A DNA stretch of 64,000 nt. It comes from Octopus sinensis (taxonomy: Eukaryota). The notes beneath the pieces are model-generated. The model was not told where the DNA came from. It ran no database searches and saw only the letters and a program-made list of their open reading frames with translations. Position numbers and translations under genes: made by a program. The DNA lies in the NCBI RefSeq assembly GCF_006345805.1, contig NC_043002.1, positions 49,972,001 to 50,036,000 of the forward strand, read 5' to 3'. The first letter of the stretch is position 1. Every line of letters starts with the position of its first letter. Shown here one piece after another: positions 50,640-64,000 of the stretch.

Positions 50640-50970
50640 CTACACACACACACACACACACACTCTCTCTCTCTCTCTGAAGCATGGCTGTCTGGTTAAG
50701 AAGTTTGCTTCCTAACAACATGGTGAGAATGCATCATCATCATTGCTGCTTTAACCTCCACTTTTCCGTGCTTGCATGGATCAGAATTTAAGACAGATTT
50801 TCTATGGCTAGATGCTCTTCCAACCCTTGCCACTTTCCAAGCAAGGTAATATGTCCCCATGGTCAAACATGCTTACACAGAATATTAGAAATGAATGGCA
50901 CTGCTTGTATCATATTGATACTCATTTACAACTATCATAGAATGGGAAGGCATACACACATATGCACAAT

Positions 50971-51002
<32 letters not shown>

Positions 51003-51106
51003 TAAATATTGAAAATATATATATATATATATATATTTAAATATTGAAAATATACATATATATATATATATTTAAATATTGAAAATATACATATATATAT
51101 ATATAT

Positions 51107-52240
51107 ATAAAAGGGCTTAGTAAAAAAATACTTTGCCGCATACTGAACTCATTAGAAATAGCAGCTAAAAAACTTTTTTTAAAGCTATTTCTAATACTTA
51201 AAGAAAATCTCTCTCATATATAGTGTTTGCTTAATTCAACTCACAAAAGTTTGGGGGTAAGGACATCGAAAAATCAAATGCTAAGGTTATTTGAGAACGT
51301 ACGTTTCAAGATTAGTCAAAACAACACTTCTATCATCAGCTCAGAAATTCCTTGGTTGGATTTGGAAACACTGAAAATAAGAACATACCCTTTCGAAGAT
51401 CTGCTCGTAACTAACAGTGCCAACAAATTCAAATAAGCAAGTGAAGAATCTCTGTTCTCCCCTTTCCACCAGCGTGGGTTAAAATCATCAAACACTATGC
51501 TTATTTCGGTAAAATCCGAAGCATAATCAGAGGGAGATTAATATATTTCAACAATTGAGGGCAAAATTAATTAATTATTAATCAATTTCACAAGTGTTCA
51601 GTAAGCAAAGGGACCATTCAAGGCGAATTCAAATTATTACATTATATAAAAGGGCTTAGTAAAATAAATTACTTTGCCGCATACTGAACTCATTAGAAAT
51701 AGCAGCTAAAAAACTTTTTTAAAGCTATTTCTAATACTTAAAGAAAATCTCTCTCATATATAGTGTTTGCTTAATTCAACTCACAAAAGTTTGGGGGTAA
51801 GGACATCGAAAAATCAAATGCTAAGGTTATTTGAGACGTACGTTTCAAGATTAGTCAAAACAACACTTCTATCATCAGCTCAGAAATTCCTTGTTTGGAT
51901 TTGGAAACACTGAAAATAAGAAACCCTTTCGAAGATCTGCTCGTAACTAACAGTGCCAACAAATTCAAATAAGCAAGTGAGAATCTCTGTTCTCCCCTTT
52001 CCACCAGCGTGGGTTAAAATCATCAAACACTATGCTTATTTCGGTAAAATCCGAAGCATAATCAGAGGGAGATTATTATAATTTCAACAATTGAGGCAAA
52101 ATTAATTAATTATTAATCAATTTCACAAGTGTTCAGTATGCAAAGGACCATTCAAGGCGAATTCAAATTATTACATTATATAAAAGGGCTTAGTAAAATA
52201 AATTACTTTGCCGCATACTGAACTCATTAGAAATAGCAGC
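51107..52240 (-). mobile_element. Head-to-tail array (about 2.1 units, period 539/534 bp) of a second hammerhead-bearing Penelope-like non-coding element in (TA)n
   Basis: aagggcttag starts at 51111, 51650 and 52184; array ends at gaaatagcagc (52240) followed by (AT)n; one hammerhead-like fold per full unit. Confidence 0.65.
51283..51353 (-). ncRNA. Candidate type I hammerhead ribozyme with palindromic stem III (ACGUACGU)
   Basis: Minus RNA AAGG-A-AUU-UC-UGAG-CUGAUGA-U-AGA-AGU-GUUGUUUUG-ACU-AA-UCU-U-GAA-ACGUACGU-U^CUCA-AAU-AA-CCUU. Canonical core and extended bulged stem I, but a U-U at the base of stem II and a GUU triplet. Second copy at about 51823-51892 has a 1-nt deletion that disrupts stem I. 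Confidence 0.55.
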
Positions 52241-52307
52241 ATATATATATATATATATTTAAATATTGAAAATATACATATATATATAAATATTTAAATA
52301 TTGAAAA

Positions 52308-52362
<55 letters not shown>

Positions 52363-52400
52363 AATATTGAAAATATACATATATATATAAATATTTAAAT

Positions 52401-52566
52401 ATATTTAAATATATATATATATTTTTTTTCAATATTTATATATATATATATTTTCAATCATCATCATCATCTGACGCTAAACGATGATGATGTGATGATG
52501 ATTGAAAATATATATATATATATATAAATATTGAAAAAATATATATATATATATATATTTAAATAT
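52401..52566. repeat. Imperfect AT-rich palindrome centred on 52472-52482
   Basis: atatttaaat(at)n tttttttcaatattt(at)n tttcaat(cat)n [tgacgctaaac] (gat)n attgaaa(at)n aaatattgaaaaa(at)n atttaaatat. Confidence 0.8.
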
Positions 52567-52639
52567 TGAAAACAAAAAATATATATATGTATTCAAATAT
52601 TGAAAATATATATATATATATATATGTGATAAATAAAAA

Positions 52640-53160
52640 TATATGCATACATACAAACATATATGTACGTACCTACATCTACATGTGTATATACATGCAT
52701 ATATAAATAATTATACGTGAGTACAGGACACCACAATAAGACATAGAAACGGGAAAAACAAAAAACAAGAAAACGAAAAAAACAGTTGCAGGACGTGCTA
52801 CACAAGGAAAAAACCCCAGTCATCAGCTGTTGCTAGTTGACTCAAGCATGTTTCGAAGGCAAAGACAGAACACTAATCCACTAGGCCTTCCTGCGAGAGA
52901 ATTAAAATAAAATTCCAAGCAGCGGGGCAAAATGAGTACGAACACGAACAGGATGTAACAATAAAACTGCAAAAATAAAAATACATGTACAAAAAATACA
53001 AATAAATACAAAACGAGAAAATAAAAAGAGAATACGATACAGGAAATCAACACACAAGAGGACGAACGAAAAAGCCTTTTTTTTCTGGCATAGACGAAGG
53101 ATACTGTGGCAGCGCGTGGAAGGCAGTGTTTTCAGTAGTAGGAGCAATGTGTAAAAGAAA
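52640..53160 (+). mobile_element. Interspersed repeat, Penelope-LTR-like (homologous to 16010-16140)
   Basis: gagtacaggacacca...gtcatcagctg...tgtttcgaagg; CpG-rich; begins at the edge of the AT tract. Classification weak. Confidence 0.4.
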
Positions 53161-53271
53161 TTTTTATAGGCTGGCAGTAAGGAAGAAGGAAGGAGGAGGG
53201 GGACACGCGGCTGAGAGAGAGGAGGAGTGGGAGGGAGAAAGAGTGGAAAGGGTACACACATAAAAGGCTTC

Positions 53272-53560
53272 ACCAGACTGGTAGATGTACAGGTGACTGG
53301 CAGGTTTCCTGAAGTTAGTATTACAGATCATAAGATCATTGGCATCATAGAACCCTAGTAACCTGGTTCTCCCCTCATTGCGGGAACAAAATCCGTTTCC
53401 ACTATGTACACTAAGGAAGCTCCCTGGATGTTGTTCATTCAACATGCCCATTGAAGTCGCTAGCCATAAAGAGAAGGTCCCTGTCATTTGTCAACAAGGC
53501 AGTCTGCAAGAGGGTGTCGTAATATCAGTCTTAATGTTCATGAGGTAACCCTGGCTATAT
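53272..53560 (-). pseudogene. RTE-clade LINE apurinic endonuclease domain fragment
   Basis: Minus YDTLLQTALLTNDRDLLFMASDFNGHV/QHPGSFLSVHSGNGFCSRNEGRTRLLGFYDANDLMICNTNFRKPASHL.YQSG, matching GDFNGHVG...G.RN.EG.RLL.F...DL.I.NT.F.K. Confidence 0.85.
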
Positions 53561-54406
53561 GAATGACAAGAAGCATTTACTGATGAAAAGAACTGAATAC
53601 TTCTTTTAGAGTGAAATTTGTTATAAATGTTTGGTTGACTTCAAGTTTTGCATGTCTCAAGGCTTGTTATTTTATTTGCTTATTTTTCTATATAAATTGC
53701 ATTTACTTGTATAGCATTCTGTATATTTTACTTAATGTGTATATTCTGTAAGAAAGCCATACTACTGTGGTATATATCTTAAGAAAGCATCTCGTATAGA
53801 CATATAAGGTCTGAAATGTGCAGAAGTGTATCAGTAGCTGATGTAAAGTGTCCAGCAGCTGTGGTAGAATTGGTAGATCTGGTATTTCTGCACATTTACA
53901 CATCATCAGTAGCAAGTATCCACTATCAGCTCTGTGTTAAGACAAATCAATTTCCTTCCTCTGCTGGGCACTGTTCATTTGCTGCTAATTACTCCTCTGT
54001 GCCTTTTAGCACTAAGCTGCTTTCTCAAAATAAGGACCACAATTTTGTAGCTTTCTTACAATATATCCACATTAAGTTAGATACATATGAAATGCTTTTC
54101 TGAACTAATACCGCTTCCAGCACTAACAATGAATTAATGTGTATGCTTATTAATAAATTATTCTTGCAGAAGTAGATTGTGTGTATGTGTTCTTAAACCA
54201 GATTACTCTCTCATTCCTGAATGTCTTGTGAGATGACATAACATAACTCACTGGTAAAGTCACTAATGAATATCACTGATGTCATAAAAGGCAGCACATA
54301 TGCCAGTTTACCATCACATGATTCTCATACTCTGCACTCCTTTAGTACAGCTTTATGTGGAACATTTTGTTTGTTTTTTTGTACAAAAGGAAATTGTTAA
54401 TACTAT

Positions 54407-54750
54407 GAGCATGGCTCAGTGGTTAGAGCGTCGAGCTTACGATCGTGAGGTTGTGAGCTCGAATCCCAGACCGGGCTGCGTGTTGTGTTCTTGAGCAAGG
54501 CACTTTATTTCACGTTGCTCCAGTTCACTCAGCTGTAGAAATGAGTTGCGACGTCACAGGTGCCAAGCTGTATCGACCTTTGTCTTTCCCTTGGATAACA
54601 CTGGTGGCATGGAGAGGGGAGGCTGGTATGCATGGGCGACTGCTGGTCTTCCATAAACAACCTTGCCCGGACTTGTGTCTAGGAGGGTAACTTTCTAGGC
54701 GCAATCCCATGGTCATTCATGACCGAAGGGGGTCTTTACCCCTTACCTTT
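54407..54750 (+). mobile_element. tRNA-derived SINE family F (CORE/V-like central domain)
   Basis: A-box tggctcagtggttagag, B-box gagctcgaatccc, then cttgagcaaggcactttatttcacgttgctccagttcactcagctgt; single full copy in the window. Confidence 0.75.
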
Positions 54751-55351
54751 ATATCCTTTTTGTACCTGACATCAGGCCCAAATTTGTTCATCTTAATGAA
54801 TTTTTTGTTCAAGATAACATTATTTTAACATATTTTTGTAGCCAATATTGTCGCTATATCAAGAATCTTTCTTAAATTGTTAATGATAATAAGAAACATC
54901 ATAATGGTTTCAAATTTTGGCATAAGACTAGCCTCGGCCTGAGGCTACTAGAGAAGATACTTGGCCAAAGTTTCATGCTGTGGGACTGAACCCAGAAGTA
55001 TGTGGTTGGGAAGCAAATTTCTCACCACACAGCCACGCCTGAATGTGTGTGTGTTAGCTCTTAGGAAGATATTGTAGGGGTGGTTCCCTATATTTTAAGT
55101 TAATCAATTGAATGCACCTGAATACATAACTGAATAAATAAATATAATAAAGCCCATAATAAATAAATGTATACAACCCTTCATTTCTTTCTATTTTATA
55201 TACAGACATACATACAGATATATATATAATTTATAAGTAAGGGCAAAAGAAAAAAATTTCTAATGCCAAAATATGCCGAAAATAGACACAACGTCAATAA
55301 CCATGTAATTTATCACTACAAGCACGCTTTTCGAAGAAAGCCGACAGAAAT

Positions 55352-55395
<44 letters not shown>

Positions 55396-55960
55396 GCAAA
55401 CAGTTACCCAAGGTGCTACATGGTATGACTGAACCCAAGATCACATGGTTGGGAAGCAAGTTTCTTAACCACACTGTCATGCTCACATGGAATTAACAAA
55501 TATACTCTATCTCTGTGTCTTTGTTATTTTCTTTTTATGTATGTGTGTGTGCACATGCTTACGTTTCTGGTTTTTGTTTATCTTTTTTCTGTATAAATCG
55601 CTTCTGGGTTTGTCTCTATGTATGCGGGTGTATGCATCTCCATGATTTTGTTTTGTTTTTTTTTTTAATGCTTCTGTATGTACGATCGTGGTCTATTTTA
55701 TCCTTCCGCTGGTATCTGCGCATGTGTGTTGGTTTCTGTGTCTTTGGTGTGGTGTCTTTTTGATACGTCTTACATTAGCTGCTCGACTCAATTTGTTGTT
55801 TGTTTTTTGTTATTGTTTTTGCATCACACCTCTAATAAATGAATAGGTAAATTATTAAATAAGGTAGATAAACAGATAACTAAGCAGAAGAGATGCTTTA
55901 GATATTTAGATGGAGTCATCTAAGCAGCCAGAAAACCGTATGTGCGTGTGCTGTGTGTTC

Positions 55961-56036
<76 letters not shown>

Positions 56037-58470
56037 TATTTCGATGAGACACTAAGATAACCAAGTAGATGAATAGATGAATAACTAAGTAGATTAAATT
56101 GATAGATAACACAATCTCAGATAAACAATGCCAAACAATAGCAATCTCCCATAGTTTCCATCCCAACACCAGCTCCTCTGCGATATTCACACAATCGAAT
56201 GTTTAACTAGCACAATACATCAGTTAACAAATTTACAAACGTTCAATTAATTTCAGATTTGTAATTGTTTCTTTTGTTGTTCTTATTGTTCATAAAGTGG
56301 TTTCATTTTTTTGTTTTTGTTCTTTTGCTGATAATTAAAATTTTTTTATTTGAACAAAAATTTTGTAATATTTTATTTTTAAGTATTTTTGTTGTATCTT
56401 GTTGAATTTCTGTTTTTTTTTTTTATAATCAGTTTGTCTGTGTGTCCCACCACCCTATTCCTGTTTAATTTTTTTTATTAAATTAGATAAGGGTGTTTTT
56501 ATTTTCCAAAATTATATTTCATTTTTTTGTTTCTCTCAAGAAAACGTTTATTGTTAAATATCACTGTTCTTTTTTGTTTTTTGTTTTTTTTTTGTTTGTT
56601 ATTGTCTTTTTAAGGGTGCTGCATTAACACACCCTTGCTGGTGTTGCGTAAACACACCCTTGCTGGTGGCACATAAAGAAAGCACCTACCACATTCTGCT
56701 AAGTGGTTGTTATTAGGAAGACCATCCATCTGTAGAAACCATGCCACAACAGACAGCTGGAGTCTGGACAGCTCCCGGTGGATCAGCTCCATATCAAACT
56801 GTCCAACCCATGCCAGCATGGAGAGTGGACATTAAACGATGTTGATAATATCTTTTTGCAGGTTTCACAGGGTGTGAACTCGTAGGGTTGTAGATTTAGT
56901 AACTCCCATGAATGTTCAATCTCACTGGCCATCATTTAGTTCCTTCGCATTTCTCTCTCTCCGTCTCTCTCTTTCCTAATGGGTAAGCCATATATTCACC
57001 TCTTCAAGACACCTTGTCCTTCTATCATACTTTAATATTCCTTGAGAGTATACCCCACTCAGTTGAAGGATCCCTCTCTTATGGGAACCTGGTGACATCC
57101 CCAGTGCTGGTGCTACGTACAAAGCACTCAATACTGTCTGTGAAGTGGTTGGCATTTGGAAAGGCATCCAGCTGTTGAAACCATGCCAGCATGAAAAAAG
57201 GACTGTTAAACGATCACTATGGCATTGAAGATGATGATGGTGGTGGTGATGATGATGATGATGATGATGATTCCCTTCAGAGTTCAATAAAATGAATGCA
57301 AGTACTGGCTTGATAGAAATATCATCTATCTAATGAGCTCTTCAAAATGGTTCTAATTGGGAATCAAACCCAATTGGAGATGTGGTCCACTTATAAATTT
57401 ACTTTAGTGCCTCAGTTGATGCCATGAGGCAGTGAGTTAGCAGAGTTGAGAGAACTTCTGATGAAATACCTTGTGGTATTTATTCAAGTGTCTTATGTTC
57501 GAAGTTCAAATCCTATAGAAGCTAACTTAACTTTCCCTTTCTTTGGGGTTCATAAATGAAGTCCCTATCCTGTAGGGTTGGGGAGCTGGCAGAATTGTCA
57601 GAGCATTCAATGGGAAACTCTGTCCTCTCTGGGTTCAAATCCTACCCCAGCTGAGAACTACTTGGCTAGGACACATAATACATTGCCCATTTTAATGCTA
57701 AATGCTTGGTACCTTGAGTGCTTTCAGCAGAGTGGATTTGTTTGACTAAAGGGGTTGCTCCAGCATGGTTGCAGTCAAATGACTGAAACAAATAAAAGAA
57801 TATATATATATATATATATATATATAACCTAACCCAACCAGAGAGGCTCTTATTACTTATCCAGTTTTTTGAAACCTCAGTTTCAGACAAAGGTTCCTAT
57901 AGATATTTTCTTTCAAAGGCACAAATCAGTGCCTGTTGTTGAGTTTGAACACATGACCATATGGCTCAGTTGTTTTACTTCTACATCTCAACTCGTGAAT
58001 CAACTGAACCTACAAACAAAGAATAAAAATAACAATAATTGAATTTCCATTTTCCCAATTTAATTTACAACTCCCAACCTCTGTATTTAAAGAGAAAAGA
58101 AAGATATAAAAAAAAAAAACAAACTACATTAAATATTTTTCAATTAATTTTATTTGTAAATAATTGAAAGGAGAAATAAACAGCAAAGAAATGATAGAGA
58201 GAAAAGGAAAGGAAGATGAGAGAGATAGAGGATAAGAGGGAGTGAAGAATGAATAGATAGATAGATAGATAGAGAGAAATATAGATAGAGAGAGAGAGAC
58301 GAGGCAGGAGGCAGGACATAGAGATAGCAGAAAGATTAAATTAAACATTGTCCATGCTTTAATTAATAGTTAGGTGTTTAGTTGTTAATAATGACGAATT
58401 TTGACATCAAGACATCAGTTTTGTTTGGTCTTGTACCTTTAAGTTGTTGTCATCATCATCTTCATAACAC

Positions 58471-58504
<34 letters not shown>

Positions 58505-58715
58505 CGTCGCCATCATCATCATCATCAGCCTTCCTATCATTGTCATATTAACATGGTTATTGTAATTTCCTAATTATCATCAACATTATCATTTTTGTTG
58601 TCTCATCTTGGTTGATCTTTCATTTTCGTGTTGTCATCATCGCTATCCTTTTTTCTTGTTGTTGACATCATCTTTATCTTTGTCATGTCCATTGATAAGA
58701 CAGCATCATCATAGA

Positions 58716-58746
<31 letters not shown>

Positions 58747-59976
58747 GTCATGTTGTGAACTATTATTATCATTTTGCAGCATCATTAGGAGTACAAGTGT
58801 TGCTTGGATCATTCTTATCATTGGTAAAAACCATTATCCTCATCAACTATTCTTTTATTCTTTTACTTGTTTCAGTCATTTGACAGTGGCCATGTTGGAG
58901 CACTGTCTTGGAGGGTATTTTTAGTCAAACAAATCGGCCCTCAGGACTTATTTTTTGAAGCCTAATACATATTCTATCAGTCTCTTTTGCTGAACCACTA
59001 AGTTATAGGGATATAAACCCACCAAGACTGGTTGTCAAGCAAAATACTTAGCGGGGCATTTTGTCCCTCTTTATGCCCTGAGTTGAAATTCTGTTGAGGT
59101 TGACTTTGCCTTTCATCCTTTTGGGGTTGATAAATTAAGTACCAGTGAAACACTGGGGTCCATGTCATCGACTAGTCCCCTTCCACCAAATTTCAAGCCT
59201 TGTGCTTTTAGTAGAAAGGATTATTAATTACATTTACGAATTTGTGTTGCAAAATTCCTTATGTGAAACTATGTGTTAAATCAGAGAGTGTTGTTTTTTA
59301 GGATGGTCATTTTTTTTTCTCTAGATAAACATACACTATATATTCGTTTTTGCTTGCTTAGGGTATAATGGTAAGGTATTTTCAATGAAGCTCTCAACCC
59401 AAGTTTTAGGCTCCCAACACTATCTTATTCCAGACTAATAGAGAAATTCTTCAGGTGTAGAACATCTTGGTTCCATGATGATAGAACTGAATGTAGAGTG
59501 CGTGTGTTTATTTGGCAAAAATGAACAATAAAAGCGATCAACCCGAAATATATCATTATTATTATTATAAAGATTGAGAGTTGGCAGAATCCACGTTCCA
59601 TGCCGGTGGCATGTAAAAAGTACCATCCGAACGTGGCTGATGGCAGCGCCGCCTGACTGGCGTCCATGTCGGTGACATGTAAAAAGCACCAACCGATCGT
59701 GGGTGTTAGGAAGGGTATCCAGCTGTAGAAACACTGAGCCTTCTGGTTTCCCAGACCCTAGTCAAACCGTCCAACCCATGGTAGCATGGAAAACAGATGT
59801 TGATGATGATGATACACACACACACACAGCTATTCCCACACAACAGTTCTATTATCATGGAACCAAAATTTTCTACACCTGAAGAATTTCTGTATTTTTC
59901 TAGAATCCGACAGTGTTGATAGCCCAAAACTTGGGTTGAGTGGTTTGTTGAAAGTACCTTATCAGAGCTTTTACAC

Positions 59977-60020
<44 letters not shown>

Positions 60021-60460
60021 TTGTCACATGGTTACTGTAAATGAGCAATCATCATCACACAATTGTATGGTTGTTTGTTTCCTGCTTTTGGTGAAAAACA
60101 CGTGTAACTATGGGGAAAATGTTACCCTGCATGGAAACAGGTGAGGGTTGTCAGCAAGGAAGGGCATCTGGTCTTAGAAAGCCTGCCTCAAACAACAAAT
60201 TCCATCTGATCCATTGCAAGCATGGTATAGTGGGTGCCAAATGATGATGATGATGATGACGACGACGACGATGATGATAATGACAATATGAATGCATATA
60301 TGTTACATTTCTTTGTGTGCGCATGTGCATACTTATGCAAGCTTGTTGCATTGTTATAGCAAAATCTTGCCAGATATCAGACGGTGAGTTAAAATGTCTA
60401 TCCGTGATATCACAAAAGCTGCCATTCTTCTTCTCAAGACATCACTATCTGATGGTGGTT

Positions 60461-60501
<41 letters not shown>

Positions 60502-60899
60502 CTCTAACAAGCTCCTTTGTGCTTCGTTAATGTGAATTCGTCAAAAATAGTAACACAATACAAAAACTTACGCGTGTGCATTTTCTTTTCTTTCTTATTC
60601 AGTTTTTTTTTTTTTTGTGTGTGTGTGTGTTGTGTGTGTGTGTGTGTGTGTGTTTCGTTTGTGTTGTTATTCTTTATGCATTTGTACTTGGTGATTTTCG
60701 GTTCTTTTGGGGGTATTCTTCTTTAGTTATCAAAGCATTAAACGTGTGACAGCATGATTCCCAGAGAATTGAAATGTGTGCATGTTTGAAGGTGGTGCGT
60801 TTGTGTTTACATAATAATGCACATGCTCACACACACACACACACACACATACACACGCATGTATGAATATGCTCCCTTGATATATTTATATATATTTTT

Positions 60900-61003
60900 G
60901 TATATTATGCAGGTATATATATGTACGTAAATATGTGTATGTGTGTATATATATATGTGTGTATGCAAGTATGTGTATATATATATGTGTGTATGCAAGT
61001 ATG

Positions 61004-61036
<33 letters not shown>

Positions 61037-61230
61037 ATTGTATATATCTATGTATATTTATGTACATATCTGTATATACCATGTATATTTATGTATATAT
61101 ATCTATGTATATATCTGTGTATATGTATATATCTATGTATAGTTATGTATATGTGTGTGTGTGTGTGTGTATATTTATGTATGTATATATTATGTGCGTG
61201 TGTCAGTATATATGTGTATCTGTATGTTTC

Positions 61231-61279
<49 letters not shown>

Positions 61280-61480
61280 TATGTATGTGTGTGTGTGTGT
61301 GTATGTATGTGTGTGTGTGTGTATGTATGTGTGTGTGTGTGTATGTATGTATATGTGTGTGTGTGTATGTATGTATATGTGTGTGTGTGTATGTATGTAT
61401 ATATATATGTGTGTGTATGTATGTATATGTTCGTGTATATATATATGTGTGTGTGTGTTGTGTATTTATGTATTACAAGA
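60900..61480. repeat. Compound (TG)/(TA) microsatellite with 22-26 bp higher-order units
   Basis: Direct reading (e.g. gtatgtat(at)gtgtgtgtgt repeats); explains the V/C/Y-rich ORFs. Confidence 0.95.
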
Positions 61481-62677
61481 CACACTTTTTCACACTTCTC
61501 TGTATCTGTCTTATATCTGGGTACATTTATATTGGAGCGTTTGTATAATGTGCATATATAGGCACAGGTAGATGACAGTGCAGTTAAGAAGCCTGCTTAG
61601 CAACTACATGGTTCCAGGTGCAGTCCCACTGCATGGCACATTAGTCATGTGTCTTCTACTATAGCCCTAGACTGACAAACGACTTCTGAATCGATTTGAT
61701 TGGTAGAATCTGTGTAGCTCTGGTCTGACCGAAGTTTTATGGGTGGGTTTTGTTTATCGAAACTGAAAGAAGACCGGTGTATATGTGCATGTATGTGTGT
61801 ATATATATATATATATGTATATACACACACACATATATTCTCGTTTGTCTTGGACTTTCCTGTTTCTTAAGAGCTATGCTGGAAACGTAAAACTTCTATT
61901 CTTTTCCTTCTGTGAGTGTCTTATTGATACATTGCTTGTGCCACATCCAAACGTTAGTTTGTTTTTTTCTTTTTCTCTGTGTTTTTTTTTTTGTATTGAC
62001 TATATATATATATATTTGTGTGTATTTTTGAGTTCATATTTCCTCATCCACACATTAGCTCATTGTAAACAACGGCTCTGCTTCGCTAATGTTGTCATTT
62101 GCTTGTAGTCCACCACAAAAGCGGATCCATATTCATTGCCATCTCTTGACATGTAACCCGATCTTTGTAAACAAAAGATTTGTTCATACATTGTCATTTT
62201 TTTTTTTCTCCTGTTTTTTTTTTTTTTTTTTTTCCCCCATTTTTGCCAGTACTTCACATAAAACATATCTGGTCTGTTTGTTGTTTGATAGACTAGGAGA
62301 TACTTCAGTAGGAAACAATTGGGGTTTGGCAACAGGATGAGCATCTGGCTGTAGGAAAACTTTGCCCCCTGTTTTCATCCTACCCTTGGAAACATGGAAT
62401 AGCAGATATTTAAACGATAATGATATGTATTTGGGTGTGTGTGTGTATATGTCTGCAATACTGAACAATATCCGTTTACTTTATATATGTATGTGTTATA
62501 TATATATAGGGCAGTTTTGGTTTCATATCTAATACTCTCTATCTATACATGTGTCTATCCAACTATGTATCTGTCTATCTGTACAAGTGTGTGTGTGTGT
62601 GTATGTGCATGTGTATATATATGTGTGCATATATATAGATGGAGAGACAGATAGATGTGTGTGTGTGTGTGCGTGTG

Positions 62678-62717
<40 letters not shown>

Positions 62718-63141
62718 TAGATAGATAAACAGATACATATGTGCATGTGAGTGTGTGTGTATATATATGTAAACAGATAGATATGTGCATGTGTGTGTGT
62801 GTGTGTGTATATATATATGTATATATATATAGATAGATAAATGTGTGTGTGTGTATGTATTTATTTATACATGCATGCAGCGAGAGAGGGAGGGAGAGAA
62901 AGAGAAAGGAATTGATGCATAGAGTGATACCCATATCCATGATACAAACTATCTCGTATATGACAATCTGTAAGTACCAGATATTGAAATAGATGAGGCT
63001 GATTACTTATAGACTTTGTCGACTGATGGGTGCAAGGTAATGTGTCTTGCTTAACGATGACACAATACCATTGCTTCTGGCTGACACAATAAATTAATAA
63101 ATAAAACAACTGATGACACACTGCTATCACCACCACTGCTG

Positions 63142-63175
<34 letters not shown>

Positions 63176-64000
63176 CTCTACTACTTGACATGAGATTTTA
63201 GAGGTGGGTGTTGTGTGAGCTGATGGTGATGGTTTGTTTAGCAGTGAAATGTCATACTTTGTTTCTTGTACTTATGTGATTCCATACATAACGTGTGTGT
63301 GTGTGTGTGTGTACATATATACGTATGCATGAACACACATTGTGGTGCAAGCACACTCCCACATCACACAACTTGTGTGCCATTCATGCACATGGATATT
63401 GTAAGGTTCTGTCGTGTGTGCATGCTCTAATATGTCTGTCAATCTCTCTCCGTCTCTGCATCTCTCTTTTTCTTTCTTTTATTCCCTGTGTACAGCATAC
63501 ATTCTATTATGAAGTGTACACATTTTTGTGTATATGTTTGTTCCCTTGTGTGTGTGTGTGTGTATCTCTGTGTCTGTCTGTCTCTCTCTACATATACATA
63601 TCATATATATATATATATATATGTTGCACACACACACACATACACACATATTATATATATATGTTATATATATATTTCTTTTACTTGTTTCAGTCATTTT
63701 GACTGTGGCCATGCTGGACCACTGCCTTTAGTCAAACAAGTCGACACTGGGTCTTATTCTTTGTAAGCCTAGTACTTATTCTAACAGTCTCTCTTGCCAA
63801 ACCACTAAGTTACAGGATGTAAACACACCAACATCAGTTGTCAAGTGATGGTGGGGAACTAACACAAATACACACACAGCGGTCTTCTTTTAGCTTCTGC
63901 CTAGCAAATCCAGTCGTAAGGCTTTGGTTGGCCCGAAGTTATTGTATATATATATATATATATATATTCTTTTATTTGTTTCAGACATTTGACTGCAGCA

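Noticed and set aside
52815-52895. Minus gaaggc...gccttc-GAAACAUG and a downstream CUGAUGA
   Set aside because: Core elements are in the wrong order or unpaired; no consistent hammerhead topology.

Overview
Eukaryotic, AT-rich, repeat-saturated non-coding DNA with no host protein-coding exon I can support. The SINE families and microsatellite load look like Octopus (cephalopod) genomic DNA; this rests on recalled repeat families and is not verified. Most ORFs in the supplied track are translations of (TA)n/(CA)n/(GTT)n microsatellites or chance ORFs. The real coding signal is all decayed transposon: three Tc1/mariner families (DD36E, DD37D, two DD41D copies), RTE, CR1 and R4/Dong LINE fragments, and a possible Penelope fragment. 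Around these are at least five SINE-like families, piggyBac-type and hAT-type MITEs, and a Helitron-like element. The most interesting signal is two sequence-unrelated families of small non-coding elements sitting in (TA)n tracts as head-to-tail repeats (period 490 bp at 12.9-13.85 kb; 539/534 bp at 51.1-52.2 kb). Each unit carries a type I hammerhead-ribozyme fold on the minus strand with a palindromic stem III, the architecture of Penelope-associated hammerheads and retrozymes. In the first family the ribozyme has the compensatory U3-A8 core and lies in the loop of a perfect 100-bp inverted repeat. Caveat: some near-identical duplications differ mainly by 1-bp indels and may be long-read assembly artefacts. 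All structures were folded by eye, and no searches were run.
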